Assembly (NCBI GenBank): GCA_965275905.1
Contig: CBDHYJ010000078.1
Span: 83,773 to 147,772, forward strand
Reading direction: 5' to 3'
Length of the DNA stretch: 64,000 nucleotides
DNA from: Hyphomicrobiales bacterium
GTDB taxonomy: Bacteria; Pseudomonadota; Alphaproteobacteria; Rhizobiales; JAJFHC01
Translations under genes and position numbers: made by a program
In this document: positions 11,301 through 19,977 of the stretch, in pieces
Layout: each line of letters starts with the position of its first letter
Position numbering within the stretch: position 1 is the first letter of the stretch
Notes under the pieces: generated by a model
What the model was told of the DNA's origin: nothing
Seen by the model: only the letters and a program-made list of their open reading frames with translations
Databases searched by the model: none

Positions 11301-12000
11301 ATCGGCCGCGCAGGCTGAAGCCGATGCGGCTCGTGCCAAGGCCGCGGAGGCCGAGGAGCAGGTCAAGACCGTCCGCGAGAGCGAGGAGGCCAAGCGCCGC
11401 CGGTCCGTCGACGTGATCATGGCCGAGAAGGAAGCCGAGGCGAAGAAGATCGCCGCGGAAGCCGAGAAAGTGCGCGCCGCGGTCGAAGCCGAGGCCCAGC
11501 GTCTGTTGAACGAGGCCGAGAACGTCCTCACCGACGAGGCGCGCTACGCGCTGTTCCGCCGCAAGCTGCTGGAACACGTGGAAGGCATTGTCTCGGCGTC
11601 GGTCAAGCCGATGGAGAAGATCCAGGATATCCGGATCATGCAGCTCGACGGCATGAGCGGCGGCGGGGGCGGCGACCGCAAGAATGCGACCGACGAGGTC
11701 ATCGACTCCGCCCTGCGCTACCGCGTCCAGGCGCCGCTGGTCGACAGCCTGATGTCCGATCTCGGCATCGACGGCAGCAACATCTCCAAACTGGGCGGTC
11801 TGGTGCGGGAAGCACGCGACATGCAGTCCATCGCCGAGAAGGCCGAGAAACAGGCGTCTGCTGGTGACGGCGGCTCCGATAGCTCGGGCGACGGCGGTGG
11901 TTCGGGCGGCGGAGATGACGGCGGCGGATCCGGCGGCTCAGGCGGCTCGGGCAGTTCGCGGCGTTCGGGCGGCCGGCGCTCAACCAGATCCAAGAAGTAG
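8320..12000 (+). CDS. Giant SPFH/band-7 flotillin (YqiK-like), 1226 aa, with an expanded hendecad helical region and a Gly/Ser/Arg tail
   Basis: N-terminal TM helix; SPFH core (FVRTGFLGEKVV, LITRDRMRVDVDAEFYVRV, NGLELESVAITDIDQT, NQFDAVGLT); flotillin C-terminus (VKPMEKIQDIRIMQ, SALRYRVQAPLVD). Confidence 0.9.
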   Translation: MSGQLIGELILWLIVAVIVIAIIYWVMNWLYRRSTKEVSFVRTGFLGEKVVINGGAFVWPIVHDITPVNMNVLPIAVTRDRDDALITRDRMRVDVDAEFYVRVAPTKDSVSVAAATLGRRTMEQERLHALLVGKFISALRSVAAEMDLQEMHEQRGDYVMRVRAAAQEGLAQNGLELESVAITDIDQTDLEYFNPSNQFDAVGLTQLIEDIEAKRKLRNDIEQDSMIRIRARNLEAEKQSLDIERESESARLEQEREIESNRAAQRAEIARQRAERETEAEQAQITAREEIEKSRIANEHAISQARIASEREIRQKEIERQQIIDAAEIASREQVEMARITQERSVTEARIANEQETQSKDIARRRAVEEAQIAANEATERARIAQEKAVTEARITKDEETQRREIEAREETEKARIAQERVLTDARIHNEEETRRREIARNLAVEEAEIASREATEKLRIAQETVVNEERIASDRKIRDMEIERTRVLEEAEIAAQQATEAARIAREKKLAADRIASEQNTRELEIERRKIVEEATITAQEAIEATRIAQEERVRGLEIARNRAVDESEIAAREAVEAARIAQEKSLAVERIESEGATKERQVERDKAVREAEIAAHEATEAARIAQEKRIAAERIASEEETRKREIVRNREVDAADIATQEFIETARIEQRVKVDAERIAADEATTLREFVARESTEAARIAQERNTEAERILADQETRSREIERNEAVEMAEIGSRRSVDQTRIEREKETSVDRIGRDEEVRKLEIARNEALDAAQIAADKAIEAARISRQKTIDAERILAEQETRGREIARDQVVESSEIAKRDAVEKERIAMELRLEQERIDSSETREIADIGRKKKVEEAEEDRVIALAGKRIERAESDAQVKKADIEAQRDVDTADISREQVLDAVKLERKRALEQLEVARLQALREAEIASREEIERAQIASERGLDEARITRERDRRKLEVEREREVESAEMEKAIVLYQKSLEESAAQAEADAARAKAAEAEEQVKTVRESEEAKRRRSVDVIMAEKEAEAKKIAAEAEKVRAAVEAEAQRLLNEAENVLTDEARYALFRRKLLEHVEGIVSASVKPMEKIQDIRIMQLDGMSGGGGGDRKNATDEVIDSALRYRVQAPLVDSLMSDLGIDGSNISKLGGLVREARDMQSIAEKAEKQASAGDGGSDSSGDGGGSGGGDDGGGSGGSGGSGSSRRSGGRRSTRSKK
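9169..10917 (+). repeat. 53 tandem 11-aa (33-bp) coding repeats with a 44-aa super-period inside the flotillin gene
   Basis: Manual alignment from QITAREEIEKS to DIGRKKKVEEA; Ile at position 2 in 51 of 53 units (one Val, one Phe). Confidence 0.92.
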
Positions 12001-12012
12001 GCGGGCGGACGC

Positions 12013-12450
12013 ATGGCGAGAGTCTTCACATCAAGCGTGATCGGCGCGCCCGCCGACAAGGTCTGGGCCCGGATCCGTGACTTCAACGGTCTGCCGAGCT
12101 GGCATCCGGCGATCCGGGAGAGCCAGATCGAGGGCGGCGAACCGTCGGACAAGGTCGGCTGTATCAGGGACTTCTACCTGCAGAACGGCGACCGGATCCG
12201 CGAGCAACTGCTGGGCCTGTCGGACTACGACATGTTCTGCACCTATTCGATCCTGGAAAGCCCGATGCCGCTCGAGAACTACGTGGCCACGCTGCGCTTG
12301 ACACCGATCACGGACGGCAACAGGACGTTCGCCGAGTGGACGGCGGAGTTCGACTGCGCGCCGGAAGAGGAATCCGGTCTCGTTTCCGGCATTGGTGAAA
12401 ATGTGTTCCAGGGCGGCTTCGACTCGCTCAAGCGGCACTTCGGAAACTGA
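12013..12450 (+). CDS. SRPBCC/START-fold (polyketide cyclase 2) protein, copy 1
   Basis: IGAPADKVWARIRDFNGLPSWHP, GCIRDF, YSILESPMPLENYVAT. Confidence 0.9.
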   Translation: MARVFTSSVIGAPADKVWARIRDFNGLPSWHPAIRESQIEGGEPSDKVGCIRDFYLQNGDRIREQLLGLSDYDMFCTYSILESPMPLENYVATLRLTPITDGNRTFAEWTAEFDCAPEEESGLVSGIGENVFQGGFDSLKRHFGN

Positions 12451-12459
12451 CGGTCGGGC

Positions 12460-12903
12460 ATGGTGAAAGTGGTCAAGAGCACGATCCTCGACGCACCCAT
12501 CGATGAGGTGTGGGACGTGCTGCGTGACTTCAACGGTCACGACCACTGGCACCCGGCCGTTGCCGACAGCACTGTCGAGCGCGGCTCACCGTCGGACCGG
12601 GTGGGCTGCGTCAGGCGCTTTCACCTGCAGGACGGTTCGGAGCTGCGCGAGCAGCTGCTGACGTTGTCCGACATGGAAACGGCGTTCAGCTACTGCCTGC
12701 TCGATACACCGGTGCCGCTGTTCAACTACGTCGCTCATGTGCGGCTGATTCCGGTAACCGACGGCAACCGCACGTTCTGGCAGTGGGAGTCGCGCTTCGA
12801 CACGCCGAAGGGTCGCGAGAGCGAGCTTGAGCAACTGGTCGGAACGGACATCTACGAGGCGGGCTTCGAGGCCGTTCGCCAGCATATGGGCCTGGCGGCC
12901 TGA
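12460..12903 (+). CDS. SRPBCC/START-fold protein, copy 2 (paralogue of the preceding gene)
   Basis: LDAPIDEVWDVLRDFNGHDHWHP, GCVRRF, aligns colinearly with copy 1. Confidence 0.9.
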   Translation: MVKVVKSTILDAPIDEVWDVLRDFNGHDHWHPAVADSTVERGSPSDRVGCVRRFHLQDGSELREQLLTLSDMETAFSYCLLDTPVPLFNYVAHVRLIPVTDGNRTFWQWESRFDTPKGRESELEQLVGTDIYEAGFEAVRQHMGLAA

Positions 12904-12922
12904 GGAAAGGGGACAGACCCGC

Positions 12923-13744
12923 ATGGCATATACAGTCAGGACATTCGACCAACTCGGCGAAGCCGCCAGCGCGATGGCGTCGGACCGCGCCGCGCGCTTC
13001 CTCGGCGGCGGCACGCTGGTGATGCGCGCGGTGAACGAGGGCGATCAGTCATTCCGGACGATCGTGCGTGCGACCGACCAGTCCCTGAAACAGATCCGGC
13101 CGGCGTCGAACCGGATCGAGATCGGGGCTGCCGTCACCATGTCGGACATCCTGGCGAGCCAGGACGCGGCATTCCTGCATCCCGCGGCGCGAGCGGTCGG
13201 CGGCCCGGCGATCCGCAATATGGCGACGATCGGCGGCAATCTGTTCGCGCGGTCTCCCTACGGCGACTTTACGACGGCCTTGCTGGCGCTGGATACCACC
13301 GTCTCGACGGTTGGCGGCATGGGCAGCCGGGATATGGCCCTTGCGGAGTTTCTGGCCCAGCGCGACAGCGGGCAGGCGGGACTCGTTGCGGGCGTTTCCG
13401 TGACGCGTCCCTCGACACCGGACGCGTTACGCTTCGTCAAGGTGAGCCGCGTGAAGCCGAAGGGCATCTCGGTTCTGAGCATTTCGGCACTCCTGCCGGT
13501 CTCCGGCGGACGGGTCAGCGGCGCTGCGGTCGCCTACGGGGCGATGGCGCCGACACCGATCCGGGTACCAGCAGTCGAGCGCGCACTCGAAGGCCAGACA
13601 TTGGACGAGGCCGGTATCGCAGGCGCCCTTGCCGTGGCAACGGAAGGCTGTGCCCCGGCGACGGATGCAATTGCGTCCGAATGGTACCGCCGGGAGGTGG
13701 CGCCGGTGCATCTGAAACGGCTTCTGCTCGGACAGGCGAGGTAG
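12923..13744 (+). CDS. Xanthine-oxidase-family molybdoenzyme, FAD-binding (CoxM-like) subunit
   Basis: FLGGGT, IGAAVT, AIRNMATIGGNL, DAIASEWYRR; RBS-like purine tract upstream of ATG 12923. Confidence 0.92.
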   Translation: MAYTVRTFDQLGEAASAMASDRAARFLGGGTLVMRAVNEGDQSFRTIVRATDQSLKQIRPASNRIEIGAAVTMSDILASQDAAFLHPAARAVGGPAIRNMATIGGNLFARSPYGDFTTALLALDTTVSTVGGMGSRDMALAEFLAQRDSGQAGLVAGVSVTRPSTPDALRFVKVSRVKPKGISVLSISALLPVSGGRVSGAAVAYGAMAPTPIRVPAVERALEGQTLDEAGIAGALAVATEGCAPATDAIASEWYRREVAPVHLKRLLLGQAR

Positions 13745-13746
13745 CA

Positions 13747-14229
13747 ATGGCGCGTAAACCGATACAGTTCAGGCTCAACGGCTCGGAGAAGGCCGTGTTT
13801 GTCGAGGACGGCCAGAACCTGCTCGACACCGTGCGCCGCGAGGTCGGCGACTTCGCGCCGAAATACGGTTGCGGGCAGGGCACGTGCGGCTGCTGTACCG
13901 TACTGATCGACGGCGAACCTCATCTTTCCTGCCTGACCCTTGCCGAGACCTGCGAAGGCCGTGCCATCGAGACGACCAGCGCGCTCGCCGACGGCCCCGA
14001 CCTCCATCCCCTGCAGGCCGCATTTACGGAGCATTTCTCAGCACAATGCGGCTTCTGCACGCCCGGCATGCTGATGGCCGCCAAGGCTCTGCTCGACCGC
14101 AATCCGCAGCCGACACGCGAAGACGTGGTCGAGGCGATCTCCGGCAACATCTGCCGGTGCACCGGCTACGAGTCGATCATCAATGCCATTCTCGATGCCG
14201 CATCGCGGCGTAACGCGCGCAGCGCCTGA
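13747..14229 (+). CDS. Xanthine-oxidase-family molybdoenzyme, 2x[2Fe-2S] (CoxS-like) subunit
   Basis: GCGQGTCGCCTV, QCGFCTPGM, GNICRCTGY. Confidence 0.95.
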   Translation: MARKPIQFRLNGSEKAVFVEDGQNLLDTVRREVGDFAPKYGCGQGTCGCCTVLIDGEPHLSCLTLAETCEGRAIETTSALADGPDLHPLQAAFTEHFSAQCGFCTPGMLMAAKALLDRNPQPTREDVVEAISGNICRCTGYESIINAILDAASRRNARSA

Positions 14230-14241
14230 GGACCGTCCGTC

Positions 14242-16011
14242 ATGCTCGAATTCAGAAAAGATCTTTTTGCCGATGAACGCGACGACGATCTGAACGAGAT
14301 CGGCCAGCCGACACAGCGCCAGGACATACTGGGTCATGTCACCGCCCGGTCCCGGTTCTTCGACGACCACGCGTTTGACGGCCTGCTGCACCTTAAGTGT
14401 GTGCGCAGCCCACACCACCATGCGCGCATCCGCTCGGTCGACTGTTCGCAGGCGGAAACGGCGCCCGGCGTTGTGCGGATCATCCGTCCCGGCGACGTCC
14501 CGGTCAATCTCAACACGCTCCTGAGCCTGATCGGCTTCGGCAGGGATGACGAGCCGGTGCTCGCGGTCGACAAGGTCCGCTACAAGGGCGAGCCGCTGGT
14601 CGCCATCATTGCGGAAAGCGAAATTGCGGCACGGGATGCCGTCCAGCTCGTCAGGGTCGACTACGAGGTCCTGCCGCACGTGCTCGAGGTCGAGGAGGCC
14701 CTGAAGCCCGGTGCGCCGACGGTCAACGATACCTATCCGGAGAACTACTTCGTCTACCACGAGCATTACGACCGCCAGAAGCTTCGCTACGGCGATGTCG
14801 AGCGGGGCTTTGCCTCGGCCGATCATGTGCTCGAGGAGCGCTACCAGATGTCGCCGATCGAGCAGGCGCCGACCGAAACGAACGGATGCATCGCCGCGCC
14901 GGAGAACAATGACCGGTTCGTCGTGCACACGTCCACGCAGGCGCTGTTCTTCTCGCTCGGGACGACCGCAAAGCTGCTCGATATGCCGTCGAACCAGTTG
15001 CATTTCATCGGTGGCACGGTCGGCGGCGGCTTTGGCGGCAAGGTCGACTCCCTGTGTGAGCCGCTTGCCGTGCTCGGGGCCAAATTCACCGGCCGGCCGG
15101 TGCGCTACGTGTTCGACCGGGAAGAGGAAATGCAGGTCGGCGCGCCGCGCGGCGCGGAGGTCTGGTACATCAAGGACGGGGTCATGAATGACGGGCGCAT
15201 CGTCGCCCGGCAGATCCGTGGATACTTCGATGCCGGCGCCTATACCCGGCTGTCGAGCTACGCGATCATCAAGTGCACCGCGCATCTGCCGGGGCCCTAC
15301 ACGATCCCCAACGTCAAGTCGGACGCGTTCTGCGTCTACACCAACCGGACGCCGGCAACCGCCATGCGCGGCTTCGGCATTACGGGCGTCGATTTCGCGC
15401 TCGAATGCCACATGGACAAGATGGCGCATCTGGTCGGCATGGATCCGATCGAGATGCGTATCCTCAATGCCTATCGCGACGGCGATATGAAGGCGCACCG
15501 GCGCGAGGCCAAGAACTGCGCGCTGATCGAGTGCTGCCAGGTGGCCGCGGAAAAGGCTGGCTGGACCATCCGCGACGAGTTCAGGCAGATGGCCTCGATG
15601 AGGGACGGCGGCGGGGACCGGGCGCTGATCCCGCAGACGGCGATGGACAACGAGGGACGTATCGGCGGTGGCGCCGCACCGTCGCCGGTCTCGACGCCGC
15701 AGCCCGCGCCACTGATCACGCCGGGCGTGCAGCCGCAGACCGTGACGGCACCTCCGCCGCAACCTCAACCGGCACCTCCGCCGGCGCAGGCGCAGCCACC
15801 GCAACCTGCCGCCCCGCCGCCGGCCCAACAGACCACGCAGCCGCCACAACCCGCGGCTCCGCCGCCGCAGCCGCATCCCCCGGTGCAGACACGGCCGGAA
15901 CCGCATAGCGAGCCGGCCGGTTCGGCACGGCCGTCGCCGTCGCCACGGCCCGGGTCGCAGCGCCATGGCGCGCACCGGTCATCTTCCATTTCAGGCATGA
16001 GGAGGCGCTGA
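14242..16011 (+). CDS. Molybdopterin-binding subunit, N-terminal half, with a ~110-aa Pro/Gln-rich C-terminal tail
   Basis: RSPHHHARI, KVRYKGEP, GGGFGGK, DAGAY, PYTIPN, AMRGFG, DPIEMR. Confidence 0.92.
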   Translation: MLEFRKDLFADERDDDLNEIGQPTQRQDILGHVTARSRFFDDHAFDGLLHLKCVRSPHHHARIRSVDCSQAETAPGVVRIIRPGDVPVNLNTLLSLIGFGRDDEPVLAVDKVRYKGEPLVAIIAESEIAARDAVQLVRVDYEVLPHVLEVEEALKPGAPTVNDTYPENYFVYHEHYDRQKLRYGDVERGFASADHVLEERYQMSPIEQAPTETNGCIAAPENNDRFVVHTSTQALFFSLGTTAKLLDMPSNQLHFIGGTVGGGFGGKVDSLCEPLAVLGAKFTGRPVRYVFDREEEMQVGAPRGAEVWYIKDGVMNDGRIVARQIRGYFDAGAYTRLSSYAIIKCTAHLPGPYTIPNVKSDAFCVYTNRTPATAMRGFGITGVDFALECHMDKMAHLVGMDPIEMRILNAYRDGDMKAHRREAKNCALIECCQVAAEKAGWTIRDEFRQMASMRDGGGDRALIPQTAMDNEGRIGGGAAPSPVSTPQPAPLITPGVQPQTVTAPPPQPQPAPPPAQAQPPQPAAPPPAQQTTQPPQPAAPPPQPHPPVQTRPEPHSEPAGSARPSPSPRPGSQRHGAHRSSSISGMRRR

Positions 16012-16013
16012 CG

Positions 16014-17039
16014 ATGGCTCTGCATCGCGGACGCGGCGTTGCCGCAATCAACTATCCGATCGGCATGAACCTCGGCGGGGACCCGAGCCAGGCGCTCGTG
16101 CACTCCAATCCGGACGGCAAGTTCACGGTTGCCCTGTCGTCGATCGATCTCGGACAGGGCATGAAGTCGGTGACGCGGCAGATCGCGGCTGAAACCCTCG
16201 GAATTCCCGTCACGGACGTTTATGTCGACACTGCCGACAGCGATACCGGCCCGCACTGCATGGGCAGCTTTGCCTCGCGCGGCACCCACCGGGTCGGCAA
16301 CGCGGTCATTGCGGCGGCCAAGGAAGCCCGCGGCGTGCTGCTGGAGGCGGCGGCCGAGGAACTGGAGGTCAATGCGGACGATCTCGAGACCGACGGCAAG
16401 GGCAACATCCATGTCAAGGGCGCCCCGCAGCGCTCGATCACCACGACCGAAGTGGCGATCGCCGCTCAGTTCAAGCAGGGCAAGACCATTTCAGGGCGCG
16501 GCATTTTCCTGATCCCCATGTCGGACGTCGATCCCGAGACCGGCGAGATGACCCCGGTGTCCTGTTATGCCCATGCCTGCCTCGTTGTCGACGTGGAGGT
16601 CGATGACGAGACGGGCGAGGTCGAGGTGCTGGAGATCAACAGCGCCTACGAAGTCGGCCGTGCGCTCAATCCGAAGCTGGTCGAACAGCAGCTTGTCGGC
16701 GGGGCCTGGATGGGCCTGAGCCACGCGCTCTACGAGACCACCGAACCGTATTATCCGGACAGGAGCCACGGGCCGGTCGACTTCAACGAGTATCTGATGC
16801 CGGGTCCGGGCGATGTCGCAACCCACAATATTGCCGTGCTTGAGCGGCCGGCGCCTGACGGGCCGTATGGCGGCAAGGGGCCGGGCGAGATGTGCGCCAA
16901 TCCGGTCCTGCCCGCCGTCACCAATGCGGTGTTCAACGCGGTCGGCGTGCGCATAGACGAACTGCCGATCACGCCGGAAAAGGTGCTGCGCGGCATCAAG
17001 GCCCAGGGCGGAGCGGCCCCGGCGGGACGGACGGGCTAG
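16014..17039 (+). CDS. Molybdopterin-binding subunit, C-terminal half
   Basis: DLGQG, GSFASRGT, VEVDDETGEV, GRALNP, GKGPGE (catalytic Glu position), LPITPE; own AGGAGG RBS. Confidence 0.92.
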   Translation: MALHRGRGVAAINYPIGMNLGGDPSQALVHSNPDGKFTVALSSIDLGQGMKSVTRQIAAETLGIPVTDVYVDTADSDTGPHCMGSFASRGTHRVGNAVIAAAKEARGVLLEAAAEELEVNADDLETDGKGNIHVKGAPQRSITTTEVAIAAQFKQGKTISGRGIFLIPMSDVDPETGEMTPVSCYAHACLVVDVEVDDETGEVEVLEINSAYEVGRALNPKLVEQQLVGGAWMGLSHALYETTEPYYPDRSHGPVDFNEYLMPGPGDVATHNIAVLERPAPDGPYGGKGPGEMCANPVLPAVTNAVFNAVGVRIDELPITPEKVLRGIKAQGGAAPAGRTG

Positions 17040-17051
17040 GAGGGTGTCGGC

Positions 17052-17933
17052 GTGGCGGTAAGGCGTGAAATAGTCGGCATTGACGGGCCGGACACGCTTG
17101 AGAGCGCTCTGCGCGCCGCCCAATACCTGGCGGATGGCGGCCTGTCCACCGCGGCCTATCTGGCGCTTGCTCTTGGCAAGCCGCTGCTGCTTGAAGGCGC
17201 GCCCGGTGTCGGCAAGACCGAGGCCGCCAAGGCGATTTCCTCCGTTCTCGGACGCCAGTTGATCCGGCTGCAGTGTTACGAGGGCATCGATGCCGCCCAT
17301 GCGCTCTACGAATGGAACTATCCGCGCCAGATGCTGGCGATCCGGCAGGCCGGCGAGGAATCGGTCGACATCTACCGCGACGAATTCCTGATCGAGCGGC
17401 CGATGCTTGCCGCGCTTCAGGCGCCGCGCAACACCGTCCTGCTGATCGACGAGATCGACCGCTCCGATCACGAGTTCGAGGCCTTCCTCCTGGAATTCCT
17501 GTCCGACTTCCAGATCTCGATCCCCGAACGCGGGACGGTCCGGGCGCACGAGCATCCGGTGGTGGTCCTTACGTCGAACCGGACCCGCGAACTGCACGAA
17601 GCGCTCAGGCGACGCTGTGTCTATCACTGGATCGCGTATCCGGACGCCGAACGCGAGGCGCAGATCGTCATGATGCGCGCCTCCAGCGTTGCCGAAGCGA
17701 CAGCGCAGGCCGTGGTCGCCGCCGTCGCCCGGATGCGGCAGGAGCCGCTCACGAAGCCGCCGGGCGTGGCCGAGACCGTCGAGTGGGCGGAGGCCGCGAC
17801 TCTGCTCAACAGTCAGGGCGCGCCGTGGCCGGAGGCCTTCCGGCGGGCCATCGGCGTGGTGCTCAAGGACGAGGAAGACCTCGCCTATCTGGCACCGCGT
17901 CTCGACTCTCTCATAGCAGGAGAGGCGGCATGA
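17052..17933 (+). CDS. MoxR-family AAA+ ATPase (CoxD-like)
   Basis: LLEGAPGVGKT, RLQCYEG, LLIDEIDR, LTSNRTRELHEALRRRC. Confidence 0.93.
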   Translation: MAVRREIVGIDGPDTLESALRAAQYLADGGLSTAAYLALALGKPLLLEGAPGVGKTEAAKAISSVLGRQLIRLQCYEGIDAAHALYEWNYPRQMLAIRQAGEESVDIYRDEFLIERPMLAALQAPRNTVLLIDEIDRSDHEFEAFLLEFLSDFQISIPERGTVRAHEHPVVVLTSNRTRELHEALRRRCVYHWIAYPDAEREAQIVMMRASSVAEATAQAVVAAVARMRQEPLTKPPGVAETVEWAEAATLLNSQGAPWPEAFRRAIGVVLKDEEDLAYLAPRLDSLIAGEAA

Positions 17934-19051
17934 CGGACCTGCGGCAGATACCCGATGCGGCGAAGCCGTTTGTCGAGTTTCCCGCGGTTCTGCGCGGGCA
18001 CGGATTTTCGGTCGCGCCCGAGCAGACAATGAATTTCATCACGGCAATCGAACTGCTGGGGCCGAGAGGCATGAGCGATATCGCCAATGCGGCTCATGCG
18101 ACGCTTGCGCCAGCGCCTGAGCGGCGCGACGAGTTCGACGCGCTGTTCCGCATGTTCTTCATGGGCCAGACGGTCGCCGCGCCGATCGTCAGCGACGATG
18201 ACGAAGAAGAGCAGATGCGGGTGCAGGAGGAGGGCGGCACGTTCGAGCCGCTCGACTCCGACGATATCAACGAAACCGGCGAAGCGGCCACCACGACCGA
18301 GGCACTCTCGGTGCGGGAATTCCCGGCCGGGGATCGCGATGAGGTGCTGCGCCGGTTCGCCCGCGCGGTGCCGGACCGTATCCCAGTGCGAAAGGGACAC
18401 AGGCGCGCCGTGGTGCGCCAGGGCCCCGGCTTCGATCTGCGGGCGGTGCTGCGTCAGGCGGTGCGCAATGACGGCGAGATCATCGCCCTGCCGCGCCTCA
18501 AACGGAAGATGCGCCAGCGCGCGATCCTGCTGCTGATCGACGTGTCCGGTTCGATGAAGGCGCAGACGGAAGATCATATGCGCTTCGCTCATGTCCTTGC
18601 GCAAGCCGCCGACAGGATCGAGGTCTTCACGCTCGGTACACGGCTGACGCGGATCACGCCCGCCCTGCGCTACAGGAACGCGGATCATGCGCTGGCCGCC
18701 GCGTCCTCGACCGTCTCCGACTGGGACGGCGGCACACGCATCGGCGATGCCCTGCAGGCGTTTCTCTCGATCCCGCGTTTCGCCGGGTTCGCGCGCGGCG
18801 CCCTGACGCTGATCCTTTCCGACGGGCTGGAGCGTGGCGAACATGACGCCATGCTTGATGCGGTGGCACGGCTCTCGCGCCGGGCCTGGCGCATAAGCTG
18901 GCTGTCGCCGCTCGCCACCGGCCCCGGCTTCGAACCGCAAACGGCCGCGCTCAAGGCGATCAGGCCCCTCATTGACGACCTTGCCGACTGCAGCTCCCTC
19001 GACCGTCTCTGCACGCATGTGCTCGAGCTTTCCCGGGAGCAGATGCCATGA
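17930..19051 (+). CDS. VWA-domain CoxE-like protein
   Basis: MIDAS motif DVSGS, FTLGTRLTRIT, WDGGTRIG, ILSDGLERG, WLSPL; ATGA overlap with the MoxR gene. Confidence 0.92.
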   Translation: MTDLRQIPDAAKPFVEFPAVLRGHGFSVAPEQTMNFITAIELLGPRGMSDIANAAHATLAPAPERRDEFDALFRMFFMGQTVAAPIVSDDDEEEQMRVQEEGGTFEPLDSDDINETGEAATTTEALSVREFPAGDRDEVLRRFARAVPDRIPVRKGHRRAVVRQGPGFDLRAVLRQAVRNDGEIIALPRLKRKMRQRAILLLIDVSGSMKAQTEDHMRFAHVLAQAADRIEVFTLGTRLTRITPALRYRNADHALAAASSTVSDWDGGTRIGDALQAFLSIPRFAGFARGALTLILSDGLERGEHDAMLDAVARLSRRAWRISWLSPLATGPGFEPQTAALKAIRPLIDDLADCSSLDRLCTHVLELSREQMP

Positions 19052-19926
19052 TCGTCGACGCCCATCACCATGTCTGGCGCCAGGAAGACTTGCCGTGGCT
19101 GATGGGGCCGATGCAGCCGCGGATATTTGGGGAATACGAGGCGATCAGGCGGGACTACCTCATGCCCGAGTTCCTCGACGATATTGCGGGAACCGGGGTG
19201 ACCAAGTCGGTTTACGTGCAGGCGAACTGGGCACCCGACCGCTTCGAGGACGAAGTGGAGTGGGTTCAGCACGTCGCCGACGAGACGGGCTGGCCGCACG
19301 GCATCGTGGGCTATGCTGACTTCCTCGCCGACGATGTGCGACCGCAGCTTGACCGTCTGGCCGAGTACCCTCTGATGCGCGGCGTGCGCATGCAGCTTCA
19401 CTGGCACGAGAACGAGATGTACCGGTTCGCCGGCGATCCTGATTTGTGCACGAACCCGAAGCTTCAGGAGAACGTTGCGCATCTCGCGGATTATGACTGG
19501 AGCTTCGATCTTCAGGTGTTCACCGGTCAGATGGATGGTGCTGCCGAACTGGCGGCGGCCTGTCCGAAGGTGAAGTTTATTCTGCAGCACGCCGGTATGC
19601 CGGAGGACCAGGACGACGTGCCGCGCCGGTCCTGGTACGCGGCGATCCGGCGTCTCGCCAAGAAGAAGAACGTCTACTGCAAGCTCTCGGGCTTCGGCAC
19701 GTTCATCCACTGGAACAATCCGGACCGCGTCGGGCTTCTTGTCCAGGAGGGAGTGAGGATCTTCGGGGCCGAACGCTGCCTCTACGGCTCGAACTTCCCG
19801 ATCGAGAAACTCTGGACGACCTATCCGCAACTGTTCGCCGCCTTCGAAGCGGGGGCAGGCGACCTGCCTCCCGACGACCGCCGGGCAATCTTTCACGACA
19901 CCGCGACGCGGGTCTACCGACTCTAG
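19048..19926 (+). CDS. Amidohydrolase_2-family protein (lactonase-like)
   Basis: VDAHHHVW, VYVQA, RGVR, ILQHAGMP, CKLSG, YGSNFP. Confidence 0.9.
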   Translation: MIVDAHHHVWRQEDLPWLMGPMQPRIFGEYEAIRRDYLMPEFLDDIAGTGVTKSVYVQANWAPDRFEDEVEWVQHVADETGWPHGIVGYADFLADDVRPQLDRLAEYPLMRGVRMQLHWHENEMYRFAGDPDLCTNPKLQENVAHLADYDWSFDLQVFTGQMDGAAELAAACPKVKFILQHAGMPEDQDDVPRRSWYAAIRRLAKKKNVYCKLSGFGTFIHWNNPDRVGLLVQEGVRIFGAERCLYGSNFPIEKLWTTYPQLFAAFEAGAGDLPPDDRRAIFHDTATRVYRL

Positions 19927-19977
19927 TCAAGGAGAACCAAGAGGGGCTGAAGTGCCTCCAAAAAAGGAGACAAGAAC

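Noticed and set aside
12923..19051. Aerobic CO dehydrogenase (cox) operon
   Set aside because: CoxD/CoxE-like genes are present, but the large subunit is split and lacks the AYxCSFR or AYxGAGR loop
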